A DNA stretch of 64,000 nucleotides from an uncultured Candidatus Saccharibacteria bacterium. GTDB lineage: Bacteria; Patescibacteriota; Doudnabacteria; UBA920; VMFF01. Position 1 is the stretch's first letter, and each line of letters begins with the position of its first letter. The notes under the pieces were generated by a model. It was not told the DNA's origin, did no database searches, and worked only from the letters and a program-made list of their open reading frames with translations. The stretch spans positions 3,800-67,799 of the forward strand of contig CAYIKZ010000002.1 of assembly GCA_964364285.1 (NCBI GenBank), given 5' to 3'. Both the position numbers and the translations under genes were made by a program. Shown here piece after piece: positions 48,894-57,072 of the stretch.

Positions 48894-50369
48894 TCTCTTA
48901 ATCAAGTTTTTTAAAGTGTTAAATATCCCACTTTGATTTTCATTCAAGTAGTGCCGTATTTTATGCTTTGCATTAGATGTTTTAACCTGTTTTAACCAAT
49001 CCTGTGAAATCTTTACAGGTTTTTTTGTTTTAATAATCTCAACAACATCACCGCTGTGAAGCGCGTGATCAATCTTTACCATCTTGCCATTAACTTTAGC
49101 GCCCATCATAAAGAAGCCAAGATCAGAGTGAACTGAAAAAGCAAAATCAATTGGAGTTGCTCCCTCAGGAAGATCTTTAACATCTCCTTTTGGTGTTAAG
49201 ACGAAAATACGGTCTTGGAAAAAATCAATCTTTAGAGCCTGCAAGAAATCCTCTGCATTCTTAACCTCATCCTGCATACTTTGCAAGTCTTCAACCCACT
49301 GAACTTTGAAGCTGTTAATATCATCACTTTTGCCCTCTTCCTCATATACCCAGTGTGCAGCAATACCACGCTCAGCTTCATCATGCATTTGTTCTGTTCT
49401 AATTTGTATTTCAAAAACATTCTTTTCAGAGTCAAAAACAGTCGTGTGAATAGAGCGGTAGCCATTTGGTTTAGGCAGGGCAATGAAGTCCTTAACACGC
49501 CCAGGAAGAGGCTGTAAGTGCTTATGAATAGCTCCAAGGGCTGCATAACAGTCAGCAGTTGATTGTGTAATCACTCTTAAAGCTATCAAATCATAAATCT
49601 TGTTAACATCCCCGTCATAGCGGGGAAGTTTTTTGTATAGCGAGTAAACACGTTTAACCCTTCCTTTTAAATCCTCAAACTTAACACCTTCGGTTTTTAG
49701 GATAGTTGAAACATCTCTTTGTAGTTTCTTCAAGGCAGACTGTCTTCCAGAAAGAGCAGCTTCCAAAACTTCCTTTGTTTTCTTAAATGCTTCTGGGTTT
49801 GCAATTTCAAAAGCCGTGTCTTCTAATTCATCCTTCCATTCTCCAATACCCAAACGGTTTGCAATAGGGGCAAAAATTTCAAGAGTTTCTTCTGCAATTC
49901 TTTTTTGTTTTTCTTTTTTAACATATTGGATAGTGCGCATATTATGAATTCGATCAGCAAGCTTAATCAAAATGACACGAATATCTTTAGATGTTGCCAC
50001 AAACATCTTGCGCAGATTTTCAACATAATACTTGTCTTTGCTGTTTCTTAAACGTACTTTTCCTAGTTTAGTTACTCCATCAACTAAAGACGCAACTTCT
50101 TTGCCAAATTCTTTTTCAATTTCTAAAAGACCAACCTTAGTGTCTTCTGGAACATCATGCAAAAGTGTTGCAGCTATAGTTGTTGCATTTGGAAAAATTC
50201 TTCCGAGAATCAAAGCAGCTTCTTGAGGGTGTATGACATACTCTTCTCCGGAAAATCGTTTCTGCCCTTTATGTGCAGCCTCCGCAAACTTAAAAGCACG
50301 CTCTAAAAGCTCTTTGTTCTTGTCTTTAAACTTAAATTGAATCTTACTTAGAAATCCGTTAAAATCCAT
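48888..50369 (-). CDS. RelA/SpoT-family (p)ppGpp synthetase/hydrolase
   Basis: HD domain (HDVPEDT), synthetase motif RVKDFIALPKPNGYRSIH and a TGS-like C-terminus. 493 aa. Confidence 0.85.
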   Translation of the reverse strand: MDFNGFLSKIQFKFKDKNKELLERAFKFAEAAHKGQKRFSGEEYVIHPQEAALILGRIFPNATTIAATLLHDVPEDTKVGLLEIEKEFGKEVASLVDGVTKLGKVRLRNSKDKYYVENLRKMFVATSKDIRVILIKLADRIHNMRTIQYVKKEKQKRIAEETLEIFAPIANRLGIGEWKDELEDTAFEIANPEAFKKTKEVLEAALSGRQSALKKLQRDVSTILKTEGVKFEDLKGRVKRVYSLYKKLPRYDGDVNKIYDLIALRVITQSTADCYAALGAIHKHLQPLPGRVKDFIALPKPNGYRSIHTTVFDSEKNVFEIQIRTEQMHDEAERGIAAHWVYEEEGKSDDINSFKVQWVEDLQSMQDEVKNAEDFLQALKIDFFQDRIFVLTPKGDVKDLPEGATPIDFAFSVHSDLGFFMMGAKVNGKMVKIDHALHSGDVVEIIKTKKPVKISQDWLKQVKTSNAKHKIRHYLNENQSGIFNTLKNLIKRK

Positions 50370-50506
50370 ATATTTCCATCCCCCCTAATTATATGCCACA
50401 ACTACCATAACCAGAAACAAGTTGTCAAAGGTAAAAAATTTAAGTCCCAAGACTTAATCCATTAATTTGATATACTGCTTAAAGAAGCCTTAAACAAGGA
50501 GCATCT

Positions 50507-50857
50507 ATGCAAGATGATAAATGGAACATGTTAATAGAACATGCAAAAAAGTCCTTTAGAGATGTTGATTTAAGGACAGAGGATTTAACCGCAGAAACAG
50601 CTGACGGTCTAGTAAAACAGGGGACCCAGGAGATTCTAGAGTTTACAAACGATAAAGGAAGGTTCAGGTTAATACGAGAAACAAAGCCTGTGGTCCTAGA
50701 AAAAAAGATGTATTATTCCCACAGACAAGGGGATAGCGCTAGAACAGAATATGTTTTTTCAGATACAGAAAAAACACACAGAATGCGCTTCTTCAAAGAA
50801 GACGGTTTTGATGAATGGAGAGAGTTAGAAGCAGACAACATTACAGATATATTTTAA
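50507..50857 (+). CDS. Hypothetical protein
   Basis: 116-aa ORF, translationally coupled to the next gene. Confidence 0.4.
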   Translation: MQDDKWNMLIEHAKKSFRDVDLRTEDLTAETADGLVKQGTQEILEFTNDKGRFRLIRETKPVVLEKKMYYSHRQGDSARTEYVFSDTEKTHRMRFFKEDGFDEWRELEADNITDIF

Positions 50858-50859
50858 AG

Positions 50860-51711
50860 ATGCTAGCTGAACAAATATTAAAAACCATAAAATATTTCGA
50901 TGTTCAAAACCACCCTTTGACGCTTTTAGAGATACATAAATATTTGCTTGCAGACAAAGGAATAAAAGCAACAATTTCAGAAATACTAACAATCCTAGAA
51001 ACAGATCTTAAAGACAAAATTCAAACTTCAAATGGTTTCTATTATTTAACAGGCCGTAGTGAAATTTCAGAACAAAGATTAAAAAACAACATCTTTGCAA
51101 CCAAACGGTTAAAAAGAACAAAAAAATATCTTTCAAAAATTAAATACATACCATTCATAAAAGGTCTTGCTGTTGGTGGTTCTGAAGCAATCACCAACTC
51201 AAGAGAGACAAGCGACATTGATATCTTTGTTTTAACTAAACCAAATAGGATTTGGTTGGCAAGACTTTTCCTAAGCGCATACTTTCAAATATTTGGAGTC
51301 AGAAGACATGGCAAAAAAACAGCCAACCGTTTTTGTTTAAACCACTACATTGAACAAGGGAAACTACTTAACAGAGAACAGCATATATATTCAGCAGTAG
51401 AATATATATCTTTAATTCCATACTTTGGAGGAGAAGAAATCTATGAGTTTCAAACGGCAAATCTAACTTGGATTAGAGAATACTTAGCTCAACCACAGAT
51501 TGTCAGATACACAACACCAAAAGCAGCGAAGATAACAGAGATATTTGAAAAGATGCTACAGAATAAACTCGGAGACTTTTTAGAAGAAATATCAGGTAAA
51601 TTTCAGACAAAAAAAATACACCTTCAGGATAGTATAGTGTTAGAAAAAGACGAGCTTGTTTTCCACCCAGGAAATAAGGGGAGACAAGTCATGAGTAAAT
51701 TTAACCCTTAA
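50860..51711 (+). CDS. Nucleotidyltransferase-fold protein (pol-beta superfamily, putative)
   Basis: GGSEAITNSRETSDIDIF matches GS...DxD. ATG 50860 immediately follows the upstream stop. Confidence 0.5.
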   Translation: MLAEQILKTIKYFDVQNHPLTLLEIHKYLLADKGIKATISEILTILETDLKDKIQTSNGFYYLTGRSEISEQRLKNNIFATKRLKRTKKYLSKIKYIPFIKGLAVGGSEAITNSRETSDIDIFVLTKPNRIWLARLFLSAYFQIFGVRRHGKKTANRFCLNHYIEQGKLLNREQHIYSAVEYISLIPYFGGEEIYEFQTANLTWIREYLAQPQIVRYTTPKAAKITEIFEKMLQNKLGDFLEEISGKFQTKKIHLQDSIVLEKDELVFHPGNKGRQVMSKFNP

Positions 51712-51720
51712 ACGAACCGA

Positions 51721-51757
51721 GGCCCCGCAGACAAAAATAGTCTGGGGGCCTCACGAG
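51721..51757. terminator. Long GC hairpin
   Basis: gaggccccgcagac-aaaaata-gtctgggggcctc. Confidence 0.45.
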
Positions 51758-51760
51758 GGT

Positions 51761-51931
51761 TCACGGCTTCGTCGTGTCGATGACAGCCGCGGGCGGCGTC
51801 TGGGCGGCCGCTCTCGGCTTCGGGGTCTGGTTGACGAAGAAGTAGCCGGCTACAAGCGCGCAGACGATGATGACGAACGCGATCGTCCATGTGCTTGGTC
51901 CGGTGTCCACCGTGGCACGCTTGCCGAACAT
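51761..51931 (-). CDS. Small single-TM protein encoded in GC-rich island 4 (hypothetical)
   Basis: 56 aa from an ATG after GGAGGG, with one hydrophobic helix and a Pro/Ala-rich tail. GC-rich. Confidence 0.3.
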   Translation of the reverse strand: MFGKRATVDTGPSTWTIAFVIIVCALVAGYFFVNQTPKPRAAAQTPPAAVIDTTKP

Positions 51932-52036
51932 AGTCCCTCCTGCGATCCCTCGCAGGTTGAAGTGGTGCTGCGTGATACTGCGTGGGGTTTCATTGCATAT
52001 TGCCACATCTGTTTTAAAAAATCAAGCGCAACAAAA

Positions 52037-52066
52037 CACCCTAAAGAATGCTCTTTAGGGTGTTTA
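52037..52066. terminator. Terminator after the NERD gene
   Basis: aacaccctaaag-aatgct-ctttagggtgtt. Confidence 0.55.
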
Positions 52067-52078
52067 AATTAGATGTAT

Positions 52079-52732
52079 TTAAACTTTCTTTATGACCTCT
52101 GCGATATATCCTGGTTCTGTAATGGAATGCGTATAGCTATTCAGTATTAAACTTACTAATTCATCCTTATGTACAAAAGAAACATCATCAGAAACATGAT
52201 TAACACCACCATCGCGCATATTCGGCATAACAAGGATCGCATTAACCCAAATTTTTTTTCTGCAGTACGCATCAATGAAATGCTTTAACTTCATTGCACC
52301 ACGATGTGATTGATTTAAAAAAGCATGCATTTGTCCCTGGTTTGGGTGATAGTGGCTTTTGACTTCAATCGCAAAAATTCCAGTTGGACCAATAACAGCA
52401 AAATCAATATCACCGCCGTGTCTTAAAGAGAGGTCTTGGAAAACATAAAAGTCATGTGGTAGGCGAAGAAGTTCTTTTTTGATGCTTTCTTCACCCCAGA
52501 TTCCTCTTGAAAATCTATGAGATCTTTTTTCAAAAAGTTTAGCCAAGCTGTAACCGAGAGGGATTAATAGAACAATCAAAAGCATCCAATCAGAAAGAGA
52601 AGAGTAGGTATCAACATCACGCTGGGTTAAATAACTCAAAAACAAGAACAGTCCTAAGGTTATGACAAACAGAAGAATAAAAAGAGACTCTTTTCTTTGC
52701 AGGAAACTGCTTTTTTTAATGTATATAGCCAT
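52079..52732 (-). CDS. NERD (nuclease-related domain) protein, membrane-anchored
   Basis: N-terminal TM helices plus a NERD-like core ...DFYVFQDLSLRHGGDIDFAVIGPTGIFAIEVKS.... Confidence 0.65.
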   Translation of the reverse strand: MAIYIKKSSFLQRKESLFILLFVITLGLFLFLSYLTQRDVDTYSSLSDWMLLIVLLIPLGYSLAKLFEKRSHRFSRGIWGEESIKKELLRLPHDFYVFQDLSLRHGGDIDFAVIGPTGIFAIEVKSHYHPNQGQMHAFLNQSHRGAMKLKHFIDAYCRKKIWVNAILVMPNMRDGGVNHVSDDVSFVHKDELVSLILNSYTHSITEPGYIAEVIKKV

Positions 52733-52772
52733 TACTGTTTTATTCTAGCACTTTTGGATCCTCTGTGGAGGG

Positions 52773-52801
52773 TTGACATGGTAAGTCCTTGGTGTTAATA
52801 T
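52773..52801 (+). promoter_or_regulatory. Promoter TTGACA-17-TAATAT (extended -10) upstream of GC-rich island 5
   Basis: -35 at 52773-52778, -10 at 52796-52801. Confidence 0.45.
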
Positions 52802-52947
52802 GCTTTTTCTACAGTATTCTCCTGCAGCCGCTCGCGTGAGCGAAGCGGAAGCAACACAAGCCCAGAGGGCGAGTGGCTGTAGGAAACCCTTTCGTTCTGG
52901 CACAAGGGTCCAGATACGAAGGACAACTCGTTCGGAGGAACCATCTG

Positions 52948-53163
52948 ATGACCACCACGAGCACCGGCCGACTGCGGACCCGCAAGCCCCAGGCGAGCAT
53001 TTTTCCCACCATCATGGACATCCTGGACGCGGTGAAGCACGACGACGGCAGCGGGCAGCAGGGCATCGACAAGGCGCCGGCCACGCAGTCCGACGGCAGC
53101 GGGCAGCAGGGCATCGACAAGGCGCCGGCCACGCAGTCCGACGGCAGCGGCACCGCGCAGTAG
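52948..53163 (+). CDS. Small tandem-repeat protein encoded in GC-rich island 5 (hypothetical)
   Basis: 71 aa from an ATG after GGAGGA. Contains two copies of DGSGQQGIDKAPATQS. Confidence 0.4.
   Translation: MTTTSTGRLRTRKPQASIFPTIMDILDAVKHDDGSGQQGIDKAPATQSDGSGQQGIDKAPATQSDGSGTAQ
53044..53151 (+). repeat. 48-bp direct tandem repeat, 2.25 copies
   Basis: gacggcagcgggcagcagggcatcgacaaggcgccggccacgcagtcc repeated exactly. Confidence 0.9.
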
Positions 53164-53193
53164 CAAGGCGGCGCCGGGTCACCAGGGAAGCTC

Positions 53194-53237
53194 GCCCCGA
53201 GGCGCTCGGGGCGGGCAACCCCAGGTTTTCCTGGGGA
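53194..53237 (+). terminator. Two consecutive GC hairpins (terminator)
   Basis: gccccgag-gcg-ctcggggc, then ccccagg-tttt-cctgggg. Confidence 0.5.
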
Positions 53238-53557
53238 GCAAGCGAAGAAGCAGCAACCGCATTGGTTGACTGCTTTTTTCGTCCCTTTCTTAGGTCCTTG
53301 ACAAACTAGCAATATTTAGTTAATATTCCCAGTTAAAACAAAATATTAGTTATGGCTCCTGATTTCGTGCATACGGATTGGGGGCAACCCAAAAGGCTTG
53401 TGTAAGAGCATTTATTTATGAGGCTCTATGGCACGAGTCTTTTTGTTTTGTATATTTAATACTTTGTTAATGAATTTTTAATGTTTTTTGCGTATTAATA
53501 GTAGGAAGGTTAAAAAGGAATATTAGTTTAGATCTAGTCTGTGTTTTCAGGAGCGCG

Positions 53558-53586
53558 TTGACATATGGGGTCTTTTGTTTTAAAAT
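53558..53586 (+). promoter_or_regulatory. Promoter TTGACA-17-TAAAAT for rpmF
   Basis: Lies 35 nt upstream of the rpmF ATG. Confidence 0.5.
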
Positions 53587-53620
53587 GAAACCTGTATATT
53601 AACTTGATAATCACAAAACT

Positions 53621-53797
53621 ATGGGTGTTCCAAAAAAGCACAAGACCAGATCAGGAAGAGACCAAAGAAGATCTCACCACGCTTTAAAAGCAAAGGTATA
53701 CGTAGCTTGCAAAAACTGTGGCGCTCCAACAAGAACGCATGAGATTTGTCAGAGCTGTGGTTTTTACAAGGGACGTCAGGTCCGTAAAGTTAAATAA
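53621..53797 (+). CDS. rpmF: Ribosomal protein L32 (zinc-ribbon type)
   Basis: 58 aa, MGVPKKHKTRSGRDQRRSH...CKNCG...CQSCG. Missed by the ORF track because it is under 60 aa. Confidence 0.8.
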   Translation: MGVPKKHKTRSGRDQRRSHHALKAKVYVACKNCGAPTRTHEICQSCGFYKGRQVRKVK

Positions 53798-53806
53798 CCG
53801 AGAAAC

Positions 53807-54241
53807 ATGGCAAACCGACATCTCTCACGAACAGTAGCAATGCAAACCCTGTATGAGTGGGATTTTAACGGTAGGAAAGAGCAGCTTAAAGATCTAGCAA
53901 AGCACAACATTGAACAGCTAGCTCCAGGAATGGAAGATACTGCGTTCATCTATGATTTGTTAGGCGGGGTTGAATCTTATCTTGAAGATATAGATAAAAC
54001 AATTATTGAGACTGCTCCAGAATGGCCATTGGACCAGATCACAGTCGTTGATAGAAATATCTTACGCATCGGAATATTTGAACTTCTCTTTGAAAAACAG
54101 GTGCCTCCTAAAGTCGCTATAAATGAAGCGGTGGAATTGGGAAAGACATTTGGTGGAGAATCATCTGGTAAGTTCGTAAACGGTGTGTTAGGAACTCTTT
54201 ACAAAAAACTATTTCCTGAAGAGACTTTAAAGGTAGAATAA
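53807..54241 (+). CDS. nusB: Transcription antitermination factor NusB
   Basis: 144 aa. [11 protein letters not shown]...NGVLG, a NusB-like helical fold sequence. Confidence 0.85.
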   Translation: MANRHLSRTVAMQTLYEWDFNGRKEQLKDLAKHNIEQLAPGMEDTAFIYDLLGGVESYLEDIDKTIIETAPEWPLDQITVVDRNILRIGIFELLFEKQVPPKVAINEAVELGKTFGGESSGKFVNGVLGTLYKKLFPEETLKVE

Positions 54242-54258
54242 AGTCGACTTCTAGCAAA

Positions 54259-54290
54259 AAGACCTTCCAAAAGAAGGTCTTTTTGTTTTG
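54259..54290 (+). terminator. Terminator after nusB
   Basis: aaagaccttc-caaaa-gaaggtcttt followed by TTGTTTTG. Confidence 0.6.
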
Positions 54291-54312
54291 TCATTAAAAG
54301 AGGGGAGAAAAC

Positions 54313-54876
54313 ATGAAATATATTGCGATTGCCTTAATGGCAATAACTGTGTTGTTAACAGGAAGTATTGCTTTGGCGCAAGAAATTCCAATACATGCTC
54401 AAGCTCAGTCTGTTGAGAGTGCTGAATTAACAACACAAGTTCAGTCTCAGAGTAGCACGAGTACAACAAAGCCAAAGCAAACAACCAAGAAGAAAAAAGC
54501 TAAGAAAAAAGCAACTAAAAAACAGACTAAGGCAAAAAACACTGATGCAAAGAAACAGACCAAAGAAAAAAAGAGTGCTAAAAAGACAACCAAGAAAACT
54601 AGCGCAAAGAAGCCGAAGACAAGCAAGAGCGTTTCAACAAACACAACAGCAGATGTTGAAAGAGCTAACCTCGGAGCAAATCAAGATCCTTTAAAGGTCG
54701 AACAGCCAGATGCTTTAGGGCAGTTAATAAACAACGGAACGGTTGATCTACAAGCACAGTCTACAGAAGAGTTAATTCGTCCTAATGGAGCTCGTAAAGG
54801 TTTGGCTATTGCGGGCGCTTCAGGATTTGGGGGCTTAGGATTAATGCTTTTGTTAAAGAAGTTCTTGCTTCATTAA
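54313..54876 (+). CDS. Secreted lysine-rich low-complexity protein with a C-terminal hydrophobic anchor
   Basis: Signal peptide, an approximately 60-aa K/T/A-rich tract (KKKKAKKKATKKQTKAK...) and a C-terminal GxG-rich hydrophobic segment. Confidence 0.5.
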   Translation: MKYIAIALMAITVLLTGSIALAQEIPIHAQAQSVESAELTTQVQSQSSTSTTKPKQTTKKKKAKKKATKKQTKAKNTDAKKQTKEKKSAKKTTKKTSAKKPKTSKSVSTNTTADVERANLGANQDPLKVEQPDALGQLINNGTVDLQAQSTEELIRPNGARKGLAIAGASGFGGLGLMLLLKKFLLH

Positions 54877-54958
54877 CTAAGCATTAGGCGGTTGCCAAAA
54901 GGCCTCTGCTTGAGGTATACTAGTGGGGAATTATTTTAAGAAAAACAGCACAAAAGAA

Positions 54959-55240
54959 ATGAACAAAAACGAACTAATAGAAAACCTTGCAGGAAAGCTT
55001 GCTCTGCCAAGATCAGAAGCAGAGAGAATGCTTAATACTTTAGTTGATGTAATTTCTGAAACTCTGAAAAAAGGTGATGAAGTAAACATTACTGGATTTG
55101 GTCAGTTTTCAGTAAGTAACAGAGCAGCAAGGGCAGGGGTAAATCCTCAGAATCCAACAGAGAGAATACAGATTGCTGCAACAAAAGTCCCAAAGTTTAG
55201 AGCAGGCAAGAGTTTGAAAGAAGCGGTAAAAAGCGAATAA
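54959..55240 (+). CDS. DNA-binding protein HU
   Basis: MNKNELIE...GFGQFSVSNRAARAGVNPQNPTERIQIAATKVPKFRAGK HU/IHF signature. Confidence 0.85.
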   Translation: MNKNELIENLAGKLALPRSEAERMLNTLVDVISETLKKGDEVNITGFGQFSVSNRAARAGVNPQNPTERIQIAATKVPKFRAGKSLKEAVKSE

Positions 55241-55280
55241 CTAGAAAATGTTTGGCCAGAAACTTCTGGCCAAACTTTAA

Positions 55281-55357
55281 CGGGAACTGGCTCAATTGGC
55301 TAGAGCGCTCGCTTTGGGAGCGAGAGGTTCCGGGTTCGAGTCCCGGGTTCCCGACCA
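55281..55357 (+). tRNA. tRNA-Pro (anticodon UGG)
   Basis: Manual fold: acceptor CGGGAAC/GTTCCCG, anticodon stem CTCGC/GCGAG with loop TTTGGGA, T arm CCGGG-TTCGAGT-CCCGG, CCA. Confidence 0.85.
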
Positions 55358-55390
55358 AAATAATTCCGGTTCCCCCGGTTTTTATTTAAG

Positions 55391-56083
55391 TTGAAATTAG
55401 GAGGATGCGTGAAATCATATTTAAAACAAAAGGCAATACAACTGCGCAAAGAAGGTTGGTCATACAGCGTTATCCAAAAAAGAACAGGGATATCTAAGAG
55501 CACCCTTAGTAATTGGCTTGGTAATTTATCGTACAGACCAAACTTAGAAGTTAGAAAGAGCATAAAAGAAGGACCGTTGCGTTCTGCTATTATGCGCAGA
55601 AAAGCTAAGATCAGGAGTATAAGAGAGATTAAAATAGCGGCAGCAAGAGAATTGGGTAAGCTTTCCAAAAGAGATAAGTGGATGTTAGGTTTGGCTATTT
55701 ATATGGGTGAAGGTTCAAAGACTCATGATAATATTAGGGTTGTAAACTCAAACCCAGAAATAATTAAAAGTGCTGTTAAATGGTTTAGTAATAATTGTGA
55801 TGTGCCATTAGCTAATCTCGCTATTAGGGTCCATTCATATCCTGATATAGACCAAGACAAGACTAAAGTATATTGGTCAGGAGTTACTGGTATACCCTTA
55901 AGCCAGTTTTTTAAAAATCATATAGATACCAGGACAAACAAATCAGTTTTGAAAAAACGTAAATTGCAATATGGAACAGCTCATTTAATAATCAAGAGTT
56001 GTGGAAAAATAAAATTTGGGGTAATCTTACATAGAAGAATTATGGGCTGGATACAAGAAGCCTATAAGCAAATGCGGGTATAG
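55391..56083 (+). CDS. HTH-domain protein with a single LAGLIDADG-like motif (putative homing endonuclease-like protein)
   Basis: N-terminal resolvase-type HTH (GWSYSVIQKRTGISKSTLSNWL) and a central WMLGLAIYMGEGSK motif. Start uncertain (TTG 55391 or GTG 55409). The stop lies inside tRNA-Gly. Confidence 0.45.
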   Translation: MKLGGCVKSYLKQKAIQLRKEGWSYSVIQKRTGISKSTLSNWLGNLSYRPNLEVRKSIKEGPLRSAIMRRKAKIRSIREIKIAAARELGKLSKRDKWMLGLAIYMGEGSKTHDNIRVVNSNPEIIKSAVKWFSNNCDVPLANLAIRVHSYPDIDQDKTKVYWSGVTGIPLSQFFKNHIDTRTNKSVLKKRKLQYGTAHLIIKSCGKIKFGVILHRRIMGWIQEAYKQMRV

Positions 56084-56147
56084 TTTAGTGGTCAAACGCC
56101 TCCCTTCCAAGGAGAAGTTGCGGGTTCGATTCCCGCTACCCGCTCCA
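56074..56147 (+). tRNA. tRNA-Gly (anticodon UCC)
   Basis: Manual fold: acceptor GCGGGTA/TACCCGC, D stem GTTT/AAAC, anticodon loop CTTCCAA, T arm GCGGG-TTCGATT-CCCGC, CCA. Confidence 0.8.
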
Positions 56148-56264
56148 AATATCGGTTAATTTAGATTGCGGAACATCCGCATTTTTTATCCACAAGAATT
56201 TTGGTTATCCTCATTGACTACATAAAAATATTTTTGTTAAACTCCTCATACGGGAGGAAATATT

Positions 56265-56723
56265 ATGCCAGAAGTAACAGAAAAAATAAGGGCAATATTT
56301 AGAGAAGAAGGCGCTCTTTTAATTGAGCCTTTAAGTAAGGCTATTCAAAGAACGCAGGACGATGTCTTGTTAATCAAGAATGACGTCTCAGGTTTGAAGA
56401 ATGACGTCTCAGGTTTGAAGGGTGACGTTTCGGATCTCAAGAGTGATATGTCAGGTGTTAAAGAAGACATCTCGGATCTCAAGAGTGATATGTCAGGTGT
56501 TAAAGAAGACATCTCGGATCTCAAGAGTGATATGTCGGATGTCAAAGATGATATTACTGGGATTCGAGAAGTTGTTGATAGTCACACGGTTACACTTGAT
56601 GGAATGGCTGGTTCTTTGGAAATCATGAGAACAGAGTTATCGGTAAGCAAATATAGACTGGATCGCCATGAGGGATGGATAACTAAATTAGCTCAAAAAA
56701 CCAAGCTCAAGCTTAGTCATTAA
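56265..56723 (+). CDS. Tandem-repeat protein (DxSxLKxDxS 7/14-aa repeats), hypothetical
   Basis: 152 aa, SD-like GGGAGG upstream. Central region is encoded by 21/42-bp DNA tandem repeats. Confidence 0.5.
   Translation: MPEVTEKIRAIFREEGALLIEPLSKAIQRTQDDVLLIKNDVSGLKNDVSGLKGDVSDLKSDMSGVKEDISDLKSDMSGVKEDISDLKSDMSDVKDDITGIREVVDSHTVTLDGMAGSLEIMRTELSVSKYRLDRHEGWITKLAQKTKLKLSH
56376..56560 (+). repeat. Coding tandem repeat array (21-bp and 42-bp units)
   Basis: aagaatgacgtctcaggtttg x2, then aagagtgatatgtcaggtgttaaagaagacatctcggatctc x2, plus degenerate copies. Confidence 0.85.
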
Positions 56724-57072
56724 CAGGGGGTAATGTTATCAAAGCATTGGCAGAGTTTTTTAGGAAGTGTAATATTTATTTACAAACGCCACGCCCAGCC
56801 CGCAAGGGTCCGGTGTGGTTTTTGATTCAGTTGGGTAGCTATGCGTTTCAAACTGGAATTTGATCTCATTTAGGGTTTATATTAGCTACGGCAACAGTAA
56901 ATTAATGGCTCCTAAATCCAATATGGGCTGGTACCTAAATAATTCGAAATTTAAAGTGAATTTTAACAAGTATCCTATTTATTCAACCAGTGGATATGTA
57001 GGCTTGTGATATTTAGGATTATATGTTAATATGTTTCTAAAGAGTGTTATTAATAGCCTTTTTTAGAAACGT

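Noticed and set aside
52795-53312. Minus-strand 123-aa and 167-aa ORFs and a plus-strand 169-aa ORF in island 5
   Set aside because: Overlapping Arg/Ala-rich shadow frames of GC-rich repeat DNA. Only the 52948 ATG has a GGAGGA site at proper spacing.
56376-56560. Possible CRISPR array (regular repeats)
   Set aside because: The repeats are directly tandem with no spacers. They lie in-frame inside a coding gene, and there are no cas genes. No CRISPR array was seen anywhere in the window.
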